Source: Chiloscyllium plagiosum
Taxonomy: Eukaryota
DNA: 64,000 nucleotides
Direction of reading: 5' to 3'
Assembly (NCBI RefSeq): GCF_004010195.1
Contig: NC_057727.1
Span: 43,732,740 to 43,796,739, forward strand
Shown: positions 12,246 to 25,909 of the stretch, one piece after another
How the letters are laid out: every line of letters starts with the position of its first letter
How positions within the stretch are numbered: the first letter of the stretch is position 1
Program-made: the position numbers and the translations under genes
The notes under the pieces: model-generated
Databases searched by the model: none
Told to the model about the DNA's origin: nothing
The model's input: only the letters and a program-made list of their open reading frames with translations

Positions 12246-13189
12246 TTATAAATGGAGGAATTGGTTTAGTTGAGCAATTTGTCTTCAGACAGCATGTTTT
12301 ATCTAGTTTTCCATATTTCCAGAAGTCAATTTTCACTTTATAGGAATCTATATGGTCAACATTCCCAGAGAAATTTCTGTAATAAAAATAAAGCAGTTTC
12401 GACAAGCAAAAGTGCTGACAGTTCAAAGATTGGAATTATCCCAATATCGCAATTATTTCCATGTTTGACTCCACTCTATGTGGACTGAAATAGGTAAATC
12501 GTAACAAAACCCTGCTGATCTGGAGGAATACATTATTCTGCGTCTGTGTACCAGGCTGTCACAAATATGATGTAACTGCCACAGATCCCACCACACCTAA
12601 CATTGCTCTTCTTCAGTGGATGGAACTCTGTTGTAGGCAGGAGTTCAGGATCTCACAAAATATTGCAAACATTTTCATTTCAAGACCAGTTGCATAATTA
12701 GATTGAAATGGAAATTTACTGAGGAGGCAGGATTGTTAAAAACAATGACTTTGCCGACAAGTGTGGCATTGTTCTAAAACTATTTACTATCTTCTTTGCT
12801 TGGGGAAAAGCTACTATTTTTTGTGCCCTAATATTGATTTGTTCAGTACATAGAACTACATTAAACTTCTGCTTTTAGAAAGGTAAAGAGCATATAATTT
12901 GTAATATTGATTGAGAAAAGACTTTGAAAGCATTGAACTATGTTTACCTGTAAGGAGGAAGTACATCACACTTAAATAAAATCATTAATTTCAGGAGCTC
13001 ATCAATGAAAGTTGTACAAAATTGATTTAAAGAACTGATAAATCTTCTTTTGTTCACATTGAATAAATGATTCTGTAGAATCTCCCAGGGGAACAGATAG
13101 TGACACAGTGGTGATATTTTTGCACTAGTAATCCAGAGGCAGCAACTGGTGGAATTTACAGTAGAAGAGTCGCTTTTATTTGTCATTCC

Positions 13190-14995
13190 TACCAGTCACA
13201 ACTGATACAGTAACAATGAGATAACATTCCTCCAGTATTGAGGGTGCTACATTAACAGCACGAGCTACACAGTCGTACACGGTATAAGTGCATAAGGAGT
13301 GCAAATCACGCAGGTTACAGTGTAACAGAAGAATGATGGATGATAGACATTTTTCTAGCAGCAATATGAATGAATTTCAGATGGAAAAGAGTCCGATTAT
13401 ACAGTGTTAAGGAGCCGAATGGCTTGGGGGAAGAAACTGTTGCACAGTCTGTCCATGATTGACCGTATGCTCCAGTATCTTCTGCCAGATGGCAGGAGGG
13501 AGAATAGTTTAAGTGAGGGGTGTGTGGGATGCTCCGCAATGCTCTTAGCCTTTCGAATGCAGTGTGTGGTATAAATATCTGTAATGGAGGGAAGGGAGAC
13601 CCCGATGATCTTCTCAGCTGTCCTCACTATCTGTTGTAGGGTCTGACGATCCAAGGTGGTGCAATTTCTGAACCAGGCAGTGACACAGCAGCTCAGGATA
13701 CTCTCAATGGACCCTCTGTAGAATATAGTAATGATGGGGGGTGAGAGGTGGGTTATCCTCAGCCTGCGCAGAAAGTAGAGACACTGCTGGGCTTTCTTGG
13801 CTTTGGGGCTGGTGTTGAGGGTCCAGGTGAGATTCTCTGCCAGGTGTACAGCAAGAAATTTTGTGCTCTTCACGATCTTCACAGGGGATGTCCAGTGGAG
13901 AGTGGCCACTTCATGCCCTCCTGAAGTCAACAACCATCTCTTTCATCTTGTCCACATTCAGAAAAGGTTGTTGGCTCTGCATCATTAACTGCTGCACCTC
14001 CTCTCTGAATGCTGTCTGGTTGGTCCTGCTGATGAGACCCACTACAATCGTATCATCAGTGAACTTGACGATGTGATTCAACCTGTGCATTGCTGCACAG
14101 TTATGTATCAGCAGGATGAACAGCAGTGGATTGCGCACACTGCCCTAGCGGCCCTAGAGCTCAGTGTTATGATGTTGGAGATGCTGTTCACAATCCGGAC
14201 TGACTGAGGTATTCCAGTCAGGAAGTCCAAGATCCAATTACACAGAGAGGTATTTAGACCCAGCAGACACAGCTTTCCAATCATTTGCTAAGGAGTGATA
14301 GTGTTAAAAGCAGAACTGAAGTCTATGAACTGTAGTCTGACTGAGGTGTCCTTCTTCTCCAGGTGGGTGAGGGCCAGATGGAGGGTGATGGAAATGGCAT
14401 CATCTGTTGAGCAATTGGGTTGATACGTGACAGCAGGGTGTCCAGTGAGTGGGTGGTAACCATTGAGACAGGATGCTGTAGACGTTTTCGGCACAGGGAC
14501 GATGGTAACAGGGTGGGGGGAGTGGACTTCCTCACTGCCACGCCATTTCATGCCTCAGACCATGCACAAAAGTTGTTCAACTCATCCGGGAGGGAGGCAT
14601 CACCAGCACAAGCAGACAATGCTGTTCTGTGGTTGATGATGGCCTGGATGCCCTTCCACATGCTCCGTGTATCGCCACTGTCTTGAAGGTGGCTGTGTAT
14701 TCTCTGTGCATGTATGCATGCTTTGCCTCTTTTATGACCCAGGTCTGTTTGGCCCTTGCTGTTGTTAGGGCTGCCTTGACATCTGCCCTGAAGGTGGAAT
14801 CACGGGTCCTCAGCAGCGCACACACCTTTGCAGTCATCCACGGCTTCTGGTGGGGCAAGAAATGATGGCCTTGGATACAGTGACATCATCAATACACTTG
14901 CTAACGTAGCAAATCACCGATGTGTGTACTCCTCTAGGTTGATGGAATCGCCATTGGTTGCCACCACGCTGAACAGGCACCAGTCAGTGCACTTA
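13190..14995 (-). mobile_element. Rex1/Babar-clade LINE, frameshifted ORF2 (RT) 3' half
   Basis: QKPWMTAKV; [15 protein letters not shown]; IVKFTDDTIVVGLI; KKAQQCLYFLRRL; IESILSCCVTAWF; SFFPQAIRLLN. Confidence 0.88.
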
Positions 14996-15629
14996 AAACA
15001 ATCTGAACTAAATTCAGTATAAAAATCTGGAACACTGAAAAATTTGAAAAAAATCAGTAATGATGACCATGTACCTATCATTGATTGTTGTAAAAGCATA
15101 TCTGATTCACTAAAGCCTTTTAGGGAAATAAGCCTGCCATCTTTACCTGGTCTGACCTGCATGAAACTCCAGCTCCAAAGCAAGACTCTGACATGACCTG
15201 GCATGCTGTTAAGTATAAGCAAGAAACGCTGATCTTGATAGTAATGCCTGCATCCCCAGAAAGAATAATGATGGAAAAAACAGAAAATGGAAAGTTTGAA
15301 CCTTAAAGCCTAAGAGTAATCTGTACAGCATTAGGATACATGTATTTTACTTCAAACATTCGTTAGCATCATTCACTTTTTAGAAATGGATGAGTTGTTA
15401 ATTATGTTAAAGTAGGAGACAAAGTAATATCAAATGTCCACTAAGCATTAGCACACTAACATTCATTCAAAGGAATAGTAGAAATTGACAAACAAATATA
15501 GCCAAAGTTAATTTTGTTTACAGAGATTAGTTCTGAGTTCTCCTACCTTCAAGTCCAAGCTGAATAAAATGCAACACTTTGATGTAGTCTGCATTATCTA
15601 ACCTTTCTAGAATTATTTTACAGTGATCA

Positions 15630-15970
15630 GGGACAGCATGGGTGGCTCAGTGGTGAGCACTCACAATGCCAGGGAACCTGATTCGATTCCACCCCTGGAC
15701 GACTGTCTGTGTGGAGTTTGAGCGTTCTCGCTGGGTCTTCTTGCGTTTCTTCTGGGTGCTCCGTTTTCCTCCCACAGTTCCAAAGATGTGCAGGTTAGGT
15801 GGATTGGCCATGCTAAATTGCCGATAGTATCCAGGGATGTGTAGATTAAGAGAATTAGTCATAGGAAATGCAGGGTTGTAGGATATGAGGTGTGGGCGGG
15901 ATGCTTGTTTGGAGGGTTGATGTGGATTCGTTGGGCCAAATAGCCTGCTTCCACACTGTAGGGATTCTAT
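15630..15970 (+). mobile_element. HE1-like tRNA-derived SINE
   Basis: Pol III A box ggtggctcagtgg, B-like box gattcgattcc; body ctgtgtggagtttg...gatgtgcaggttaggtggattggcc; tail cacactgtagggattctat. Confidence 0.85.
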
Positions 15971-16082
15971 GGTATCACCATATGTCCTTCTATTTTTCAG
16001 GGATACTATGCCCAATTTACATAATTGTACATAATCAAATTTCAATGAAGATTGTAGGACAGTTTGCCAGGACTGGCACTAG

Positions 16083-16170
16083 TGCTGAGAGTGTGGTGCT
16101 GGAAAAGCACAGCAGATCAAGCAGCATCCGAGGAGCAGAGAATTGACATTTTGGGCATAAACCCTTCATC
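16083..16170 (-). mobile_element. 88-bp single-arm PLE tail insertion (family C) with degenerate hammerhead
   Basis: 16-bp TSD ccagga(c/t)tggcactag (16067-16082, 16171-16186); sequence matches the PLE tails at 1100-1180 and 25950-26035. Confidence 0.7.
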
Positions 16171-16399
16171 CCAGGATTGGCACTAGCCAAACCTAAAATG
16201 AGATATCAAACTGATGAAGCTACAAGCTACTTTCTATCCCAACAGCATCAGCAGCAAGTGATAAACAGGGCTAAGCGAATCCTCACCAATGGATCAAATC
16301 TAAGCACTTCCACATCCAGCTTTGAATGGTGGTGAACAATTAAACAACTCACGAGAGAAGTCTTAACAAATATACTCATCGTCAATGATGTAGGAGCAA

Positions 16400-17660
16400 A
16401 AAACATGACAAATCCAATTAGCAATCCACCATGTCTACTCTCAGTAAAGTGATGGAAGTTGTCACCAACAGTGCAATCAAGCAGTACTTGTTTAGCAATA
16501 ACCTGCTTTCTGACAGCCAGTTTGAGTTTCACCAGGCCCATTCACTTCCTGACCTCATTATAGCTTTGGTTCAAACATAGATAAAAGAGCTGAATTCTTG
16601 AGATGAGGTGAGAGTGACGGCATTACGAAGCCCTAGCAAAACTGGAATCAAAGTGAATCAGGGGGAAAACTCACAACTGGTTGGAGTTACACCTGGCCCT
16701 AAAGGAAAATGGTTGTGATTGTTGAAGGTTAGTCATCTCAACTTCAGGATATCTCTACAGGAATCCATCAAGGTGTTATCCTTGGCCCAACTGTTTTCAG
16801 TTCCTTTATTAATTACTTTTGCTCCCTTATAAAGATCAGAAGTGGAATATTTGGTGATAATTGCATTGTGTTCAGCACTATCTGTGACTCCTTAGATAGT
16901 AAAGCAGTCCATATCCAAATGTAGCAAAACATGGGCAACATCTAGGCTTGGGATGGTAAGTGACAAGCAACATTCACATCACACAAATTCCAGCCAAGAC
17001 GATCTCCAACAAGACAGAATCTAACCATCACCTTTGGCATTCATTACCAACACTGAATCCCCTACTATCTAAATCCTGGGGATTATAACTGACCAGAAAC
17101 TGGACTGAACTAAACATATAAATACTGTGGATCCAATAGCTGGTTAGAGGCAGGAATTCTGCTGAGAGTAATTCACCTCCTAACTTCCCAAGACTTGTCA
17201 CGATTTATAGAGCAAAATAAGAATATGATGGAATACTTTCCACTTGCTTGTGTGATGTATGGTAAGACTTCTATACGTATTTATATCAGTTATTTTAGGG
17301 TGAACCTGTACTTATCGCATGTGGGCTTTGGTCTATGTGTATGAAGAGTTTAGTGATTAAACTCAGCATCCTCAAAACCATCAACCACTACCATTTAGAA
17401 GGACAAGGGCTGCAAATAAATGGGATTGCCAACACCAAAGATTCTCCTCCAAGCCACTCACCATGACTTGGAAACCTACTTCCTTCATTAATGCTGTGTC
17501 AAGTCCTGGAATTCTGCCTCTAATGGCATTGTGATTTTGCTGAAAATAAATGGACTTCAGAAATTCAAGAAGGCAGCTTACAACGACCTTCTGAAGGGTG
17601 ATTAGGGGTGGGCAGTAAATGCTGGCCCAGCCAGCAATGCCCTTATCTATGAATGAATGA
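16400..17660 (+). mobile_element. Old degenerate L2/CR1-type LINE ORF2 and 3' region
   Basis: RT-like remnants (ggaatccatcaaggtgttatccttggcccaactgttttc = G.PQG.VLGP..F); related fragments at ~28080-29780 and ~31500-31800. Confidence 0.6.
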
Positions 17661-19618
17661 AAAACTTTGCCAGTTTTTCTGGAGATTAGTTTTAAACCAG
17701 TATGTATGGGAGAGCAGTTTGTGGAGTGATAATGGGAATTTGTTTGTTGTGAGAGTTTTATGATTGAAGAGTGTAAACATGGAGAAGTATTAGTTCATTA
17801 ATTTCAGTTTAGAAGGATCAGAAATTTATTTATTTTGCTGAAGGGGAAAAAATCATTTATTGGTAAGAACTTGATTTCAATTTGCAGAGGACATAACTGA
17901 GTTTAGATGTAAGAACAGTTTCTACTGGAAAAAGGAGTTCACACAGTTAATAGGTTGCTTCAGTGTAAGAGTTTAAGTTTGAAAATTCCACACGAGAAGT
18001 TTTTGCTTAGAAACTTGAATGGATTATTTGATGCTAAGAAACATTAATTTCAGTTGTATGACTAATCAAGAAAATGGCCATCAAACTCTCAAGTCCAGGA
18101 ATTGAAAAGTTAAATCAAACCTATAGATGTGATAAAGAAGGGAACTCTCCCTGGCATTCGAGTCCTATAAAGTGATGGTGTTGGGAATACAGTAAATAGG
18201 ATTTTATTTCTCCACGTGTTTTGAAATCTTTCAAATTATATGTAAATAGCTTGAATTATTCTGTTTCATTTTCATTTCTTTTGCATAATAAACAACTATT
18301 TTATTGTTAAAACCAAATTTGCAGCATTCTAGGCTTATATTTCAGTGAAGTAAAGAAATTTGTTAAATAAAGAAACCATAGTACCTATATGATCTATTAA
18401 GCCAGATTTCAGTCTGGGATCTGATGTGATGACGAATAACATCAACTCATATTATCTTAACACCTGGACAAGTAGAACTCCAACAACACTCAAGCAGCTA
18501 CACCATCTAGGACAAAGCAGTGTGCTTGACTGGCTTCCCATCCAACACCTTCAACATTCACTGCCTTCCTCATCACTGTACATTGGCAGCACTGTGTACC
18601 ATCTACAACATAACTTCAAAGCCATAATTTTTCCATCTAGGACATGGGCATCAATGCATGAGAATACAACCATCTGCAGGTTCCCCTCCGAGCCACGCAA
18701 CTATTTTGTCATTTTTTCAACTGTTACTGTGTTAAAATCCTGGAACTCCCGCCCACCCCAACAACACTTGAACAGATTCAAGAACAGCTTCTTCCCTATT
18801 GTTACCAGACCTATGAACGGACTTCTCAAATGTTGATTTTGATGTCTCTCCCTGCAGCTATAACACTGTATTCGGCACTCAGTTTTGCTACCCTAATGCA
18901 GTTTGTATGGTATGATCTGTGTGTATAACATGCAAAACAACACTTTCACTGTACTACAGAACATGCGGCAACAATAATTCAAACCCAAATTCAGCACCTC
19001 TCCTTACATGGCCCTCCCACGCGAGTCACCAAAGCCACTCTGTTCCTGCCTCATAGTAAATTGCTGCATGTTGTCTTGCCTAGAGCGCTCTTCGTGAACC
19101 TGTAAGGCCAACCTCGCTTGCAATGACTTATGTTATATTATAGGCTCCTGTAACATGTTAGACCTCCAGGAGTATAGACTCCAGTTTTAGAACCACCAGA
19201 GTACACATGTATAGTTATAATGAAAATAGTTAGATTTATAATTTTCATCCATTTATGCTCCATATTAATCATGCCTGGGGAGGGGGGAAGTAGTCGGGAG
19301 AGACTTATTGAACGGTTTTTGAACTTAGTGTCTCCTTATTAGTAATTAGAAAATGCAGACATACTATTAGGTCAGAGTTTAATGTTTATACATTTATATC
19401 ATGGGCCCAGAATAAAGCTGCAGTCTGTGGATTACACAGGATCATTCAGAACTATCCACGAGCTCCCCGCACTGGAGCCAGTGGATAACCCTCTGGTGTC
19501 TTGAATCATCGATATATGTCCGAATGAGGCTGTGGCTCATTCCCCGACGCTCGGGTGGAGTCAGTGACGCCTCTTTAAGCGCCGCTGCTGTTGAGCTCTC
19601 AGTGCGGTAGCTGCTACG

Positions 19619-19794
19619 ATGGAAGTGCAGTTCGCTCCCTTAAGACCTTGGGATGATTTCATTTTGGGTTCAGCCCGTTTCGCCCAGCCGGATTTTCGAG
19701 ATTTAACAAAATGGAACAACCGAGTGATCAGCAACCTGCTCTATTACCAGAGTAACTACTTGGTCATGGCTATCTGCATCTTTGTAGTGATCGG
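19619..19794 (+). CDS. ARL6IP5: ARL6IP5 (PRA1 family protein 3 / JWA / GTRAP3-18) coding exon 1
   Basis: [58 protein letters not shown](G); GG|GTAAAG donor; small CpG-rich region upstream. Confidence 0.96.
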
Positions 19795-21394
19795 GTAAAG
19801 GAGCTCGTTTCTACCTGGGCCTGCAGCGTTCTCATTGTTTCAAACTTGTCGTGTATTGGAACAGCTGCGTAATAGGATGGTGTATATTAATGTGCACCCA
19901 TTTGCTTAAATTAGCCTATCAAAGTATTTTTTCTGAAGGCATCGACACGCCTGCATTTGTGTAAATGTTGTAATGGCTTAAACGGCAATTTTATAATGCT
20001 TGCATCAGCAAGTTTTAATATCCAGATACAAGGGACTGTTCAGTAGGGGTAACTTCACGGCCGAGGAATGCTCAGTTTCTGTTTGCTAGTAAACGAATGG
20101 CTACAACGTTTAAAAAGCATTTGGATGGATACATGAATAGGAAATGTCTGGAGGGGCATGGGCTAGGAGCAGGCAGGTGGGGCTAGTTTAGTTTGGGATT
20201 GTGTTTGACATGGACTGATTGGCCCAAAGGGTCTATTTCTGTGCTGTATGACTGTGAATTGATTCTATGAGGATCTTAAATTCAGGTGACCTATCTCTGG
20301 CCAGATTACTAAGCCCTGGAAACTGGATCAATTTATACATGCATGGGAAATGGCCAAATTGCTTTGACTGAACATATTAAGAGAAAAGTGTAACACTTTT
20401 TGTAATGTTTTCTGAATTTCTATGTGGTTCTGTATCATAGGACAATATTTTAATGCAAATACTGGCAAGTTAGGATTTAATCCTATTTCCTCCAATCTAC
20501 TGTAAGAATATTTTTGCCCTTTATTTCTGCTCTTTTTAAAATTCTTCAGAACTTAATTTAGCCTATTGATTTTACAATAATTGTAATTTGATACCTTTCA
20601 GTCAATTCATTAATCCAGCAATTGTTTTAAAACTGAACCATGAAATCCAGCTCCACTTGTGCTTGCTGACCTACATTGGTTTCTGATCAAGCATGGTTTT
20701 TTTTTTAAAAGTGCTCATTCTTGTTTTTAAATCTCTCCATAGTCTTACCATTCCCTGTCTCTCTAACCTCCTCTGGCTTCTTTCCAAGCTATATATCTAC
20801 CCTACTCTAATCCTGACTTCTTGAACATCCCTGATTTTAATCATTGTGCCATTGGTGGTTGTACCTTCAATTGCCTAGGCCCTGAACTATGGAATACCTT
20901 CCCTACATCTTTCTCTATCTTACTGTCCTCCTAGAGATACTCGTAAATAGCTACCTCTTTGACCCGTTTGAGAACCTAGAGTGCACTTATACGAGAGACT
21001 GTAAAGTGCAGGAGCAAAAGCAGCCCATTGACTGGCAGAGCAGAGTCAAATGAGATCGTTGTTTGATCTGAGAGCTGTAGGCTTCACTTTCCTGCCTTTT
21101 CTCCATCGTGTTCAATTTCCTTACAGATTAAATATCTATCTCAGCCTTGAATATAATTTAATGATCCTAACTCTACAGACCTCCTCTTTTTTTTAAAGAA
21201 TGCTACAAATTCACTATCCTCAGAGAGAAATGTCTCTTTATCTGTTTTAAAAGGTAGGCCCCTTTATTTTCAGATTATGCTCTCTGGTCCTCTATTCTCC
21301 CAGAAGGGGGGCAACAACACCTCCAATTCTAACCTGTTCGGTTCCTGTAAGAATCTAAATGTCCCCTGAGAAACCTAAATGTTTCAATGTGGCC

Positions 21395-21925
21395 TAACCA
21401 CTTTTGGAACACTGCATTCAATTCTGGTCTCCTGGCTATAGGGACGTTGTTGTGAAACTTGAAAGGGTTCAGAATACATTTACAAGGATATTTGCAGGGT
21501 CAGAGGGAGAGCTTGTACAGGCTGGGACTGTTTTCCCTGGAACATCGGAGGCTGAGGGGTAACCTTCTAGAAATTTATAAAATCATGAGGGGAATGGCTA
21601 GGGTGAATAGCCAAGGTTTTTTTCTTCTGTAGGGGAGTTGAAAACCAGAGGGCATATATTTAGTGGGGGGGGGTGAAGGTTTAAAGGGGACCTAGGGGGC
21701 AACCTTTCATGCAGAGGGTGATGCATGTATGTAACGAACTGCCAGATGAAGTGGTGGAGGTTGGTACACTTACAATATTTAAAAAGCACCTGGTTGTGTA
21801 TATGAATAGGAATGGTTTAGAGGGATATGAGCCAAGTGCTGGCAAATGGGACTAAATTAATTTAGAATATCTATTGTGCATGGGTTAGTTGGACCGAAGA
21901 GTCTATTTCCGACCTGTATGTCTGA
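21395..21925 (+). mobile_element. CR1 LINE 3' end
   Basis: Degenerate LEHCIQFWSP / VKLERVQNTFTR / LRGNLLEIYKIM; 3'UTR shared with copies at ~20100-20270, 23170-23410 and 36150-36545. Confidence 0.75.
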
Positions 21926-24900
21926 CTCTAATAAAATCACTTTCTTTCTTCTAAACTGAGTGCCGACCCAAGCTACTCAGCCTTTCCTCACAAGGCAGCC
22001 CCTCCATTACTGGTGTCAGTCCAGTATATTTTCTCTGGATTGTCTCCAGTGTATGTTTCCTTCGGTAAATTAGATTAGATTTTGGATTTAAAAAAACTGT
22101 TCTCAATATTCCAGCTGTAGTCTGACCAGTGCATTAATGTTTTTGGAAGACTTACTACTTTTTAATCTCTGCTCCTTTTGAAATACAGGCCAACATTACA
22201 TTTGTCTTCCCTGTTACATGCTGATTTTGGGTGCTAGCCTTTTGAAATTTATGCACAAGGACTCTGAAATCTGTCTCTTTGGTACAACTCTCTGCTGTTC
22301 TTCTCCACTTAACGAGTATACTCCGTCCACTGGTTCGAACACGTTCCATTCTTGTATCCATTCAATTTGTGCACGTTGGAATACCATGCAGGGCAATATA
22401 AAATAGCCATTCATAAGTACAGAAAAAGTTTGTATGTCGGATCTTTAGAATTACACTCTTGTATGGGATTGTGTTTGTATGTTGGATGTTCGTAAATCGG
22501 AGACTCTCTGTATTCAGTTTCTTCATTCTTCCTGCAAAATGCATAATCTTACACTTTTACATTTTATATTCACCTGTCACAGCCTTCCCAAATTGCACGC
22601 AATTATCTTTCAAGTGACCACCTTCATTTCAAGGAAGAATGATTTCAGATTCATGCACATGACACCTGCATAGTAAGGCACTTCATAGCTAGTAATCTTG
22701 TCAGTATTTTAGAAAAATCTAATATGCATCACTATATTGTCTTATTTTAAAAACAATGATCTGATGCTGACAGAATTTGTTTTTCTTCCCTTAACATGGC
22801 TATATCCTTCCATGGATTCTGTCATGTTTTACTACTTGCCTTCCCACTTGTTTTTGTCATTTGAAAACTTAGCTGTAATGCATTCACTCACTTTTCTTAT
22901 CCAAGTAAGTAACATATATTGTAAATAATTGTTGCCCAGCACTGATCTGTGGCACTTCAAGTTACAGATGGCCATCCTGAAAATGTCCACCTCTAACCAT
23001 TTTCTGTCTTCTATTATTTAGCTAATCCCCTATCTGTGCTAATATACTACCTCCAATATAACTGGTTCTTATCTTTATTAAGTAGCTGAACAGTATTTTA
23101 TTGAAAGCTTTCTGAAAATCCAAATATGTTACATCCACCGTTCCCCTTTACCTATCCTGCTAGTTACTCAGAGGCAACTTTCTCATGCAGAGGGTGATGC
23201 GTGTATGGAACAAGCTTCCAGAGGAAGTGGCGGAGGCAGGTATAATTACATCATTTTAAAAGACATTTGGATAGTACGTGGATATGAAGGGTTGAAAGGG
23301 ATAAAGGCCAAATGCTGGCAAGTGGGACTAGATCAGTTTAGGATATCTGGTTGGCATGAACGAGTTGAACTGAAGGGTCTGTTTCTGTGCTGTATAATTC
23401 TGACTCGATAACTATTAAATTTGTCAGGCATTGTTTCTCCTTCACGAAACCATGTTGACTCTGCTTCTTCATATGTATTTCTAAATGCTGTGCCATTGTA
23501 TCCTTTTATAGTAGCCTCTAATGCTTTCTCAATAACGTACATTAAACCAACTGGCCTAAAGTCACCTATTTTTGATTCCTGACTTTTTTTTTAAAACAAA
23601 GCTCTTCCGTTGATGGTAATAGTTGTCCAACCCTCTGAGACTTTTCCAAATCTAAGAATTCTTGGGCAGATTACTATCCATGCATCCTCAATCTCTGAAG
23701 CTGCTTCTTTTAATATCCTAGGATGCATCCCATTGAGTCCAAGGGACTTGTTGGTTTTTAGCCCCATTACTCCCTTAGCATACTTTCTCCAGTGATTAAT
23801 CTTTTTTGTATTTATTCCCCCTCCTCTCATAAGATGGACTGGGGTGTGTATTTGTTGAACCTAATTTCTTGGCTTGCTGACATATTTTGTTTTAGAATTT
23901 CCCTGTGTCTTTGTTTTAGGATGTTAAAGCTATATTTTAAAACAACTTACTGCTAACAGTGTAGAACTTATCATCTGTTCCAGAGTGCTTTTGTAGTGAT
24001 GCATGTGAGTTTATAAAATGTATTAGCAGATTCTGTATCTTCACTTCAAGAATCTGAAAGCATTCTTCCTTGAAATGATTCAGTGACCACTTGAAAGATG
24101 ATTTCATGTAATCAGGAGAGGTGGTGGTAATGTCACAAGACTAACAATAGAGTGTCCCTAATGTGGGCATGGGTTCAAATCCAACCATTGCAGATGGTGA
24201 AATTTAGACTTCACTAAAAATCTTTTTTTTTTAAGAAAAAATCTTTTGAAACCAGAAGTCTAATGGCAACTGTGTGTTGAATTATGATTAAAAACCCACC
24301 TAGATCATTAATGTCCTTTTTAGGGAATCCATTCTCCCACAGTTTAAATGTGATTCCAGACCCAGAGCAAACTGTCCCCTGAAATTTCCCAGCAAGCTAC
24401 TCAGGTTCAAGTGCCATAATAATTAGGCCCAATTTTAAAAAAAAAATCAGAAATAACTGGCATGGTGTGGCTTGTTAATTTTGAACCAAGACGCTGTATT
24501 ACCTGAGATTACTTCAGATTTTGCTGTTAGAGTATGCTGTATTCCATGTTTTATTGATTTCTAGATCCTGGCATCAAACCAATTTCTTAAGGCAGAAGTG
24601 GTGTTCTATAACGTTTTTGATTAAACGTTCAATTTTTTTCCCCTTTGTGAAGGCACTGACCATCGTTCAGTATCACGTTCTTGAGGAAACAGTCATTTTT
24701 TTTTCTCTAGGATAGAAAAGTTGATATATAAAAATTTTAAATGGAATGTTGACTTATGTAGCAGACGTTGCAAGTTAGTAATTGGAGTTGGAGTTTTCAG
24801 TCATTTAAAATAAGGCTCATTGAACTAATTGTCATTGTATGTTGTTCCAAACTAAATTCGGTGAGAATAGTTAATTCAGCACATTGAAGTATTGAAATTT

Positions 24901-25429
24901 TATCTTTTTTTTAAATTCAGTTCCATTGAGTCAAACAAGTCCCACAGAAGGGCCATGGGCATTTTTAGCAATTCACTAAAATGATGTACAAACAATGAAT
25001 TGATTCAATTCACTTTCTATGGTAAAACAGATGCGTTTTACTATCAATATTTGAAACACACTCTCGCTTAATGACTTCTGCAGTATACAGTGCTACAGTA
25101 GCTGGAGAACAAACTTTGGTATTTCAATTACTGACAATTAATCTAATGTCAGTGGTAGGACAATTATTGGGAAGAAAAGGGATATGGTTAATCTATACTT
25201 TGAAGCAAGAATTGATTGAGGATAGTCATCATGGATTTGTGAATGTCTATTTGATTAATTTTAATTGTTTTTTTTGGAAAGATGACTTAAATATATTGAT
25301 AAAGGTAGTGCAGTTAATGTGGTTTGCATAGACTTCAGGAAGGTCTTTGATAAGATCGCACATTAGAAGGTTCATGGGATCGAAGGCAAGATAGCAACCT
25401 ATATCCAAAATTGGCCTCCAAATAGAAAG

Positions 25430-25644
25430 CTGAAAATGTGTTGCTGGAAAAGCGCAGCAGGTCAGGCAGCATCCAAGGAACAGGAGAATCGACGTTTCGG
25501 GCATAAGCCCTTCAGGAATTCCTGAAGAAGGGCTTATGCCCGAAACGTCGATTCTCCTGTTCCTTGGATGCTGCCTGACCTGTTGCGCTTTTCCAGCATC
25601 ACATTTTCAGCTCTGATCTCCAGCATCTGCAGTCCTCACTTTCT
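25430..25644. mobile_element. Palindromic PLE-tail element (family C), centre GAATTC, intact hammerhead motif on + strand
   Basis: 15-bp TSD cctccaaatagaaag (25415-25429, 25645-25659); CTGAAGA-A-GGGC-TTAT-GCCC-GAAA-CGTC at 25522-25549; left arm lacks 3 nt of the core. Confidence 0.85.
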
Positions 25645-25909
25645 CCTCCAAATAGAAAGAAAAGCGTGATGGTGAGGGTTGTTTTGTCTGGAAACCTGTG
25701 ACCAGCAGTATAACACAGGGATTGGTGCTACAACCCTTACTGTTTGTTATGTATATTAATAACTTAGATGTAAATGTAAAAGGTATAATTTAGTAAGTTT
25801 GCAGATGACAAAAATTGGTGTTGATTGTGTGAAGGATTGACTCAAGCTGAAGTCTGATATCGATCAGCTGGTAAATTGGGTAGAGCAATGGCAGATGGAA
25901 TTTAACTAG

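Noticed and set aside
15630-15710. tRNA genes at SINE heads
   Set aside because: Only A/B boxes, no cloverleaf, followed by SINE body
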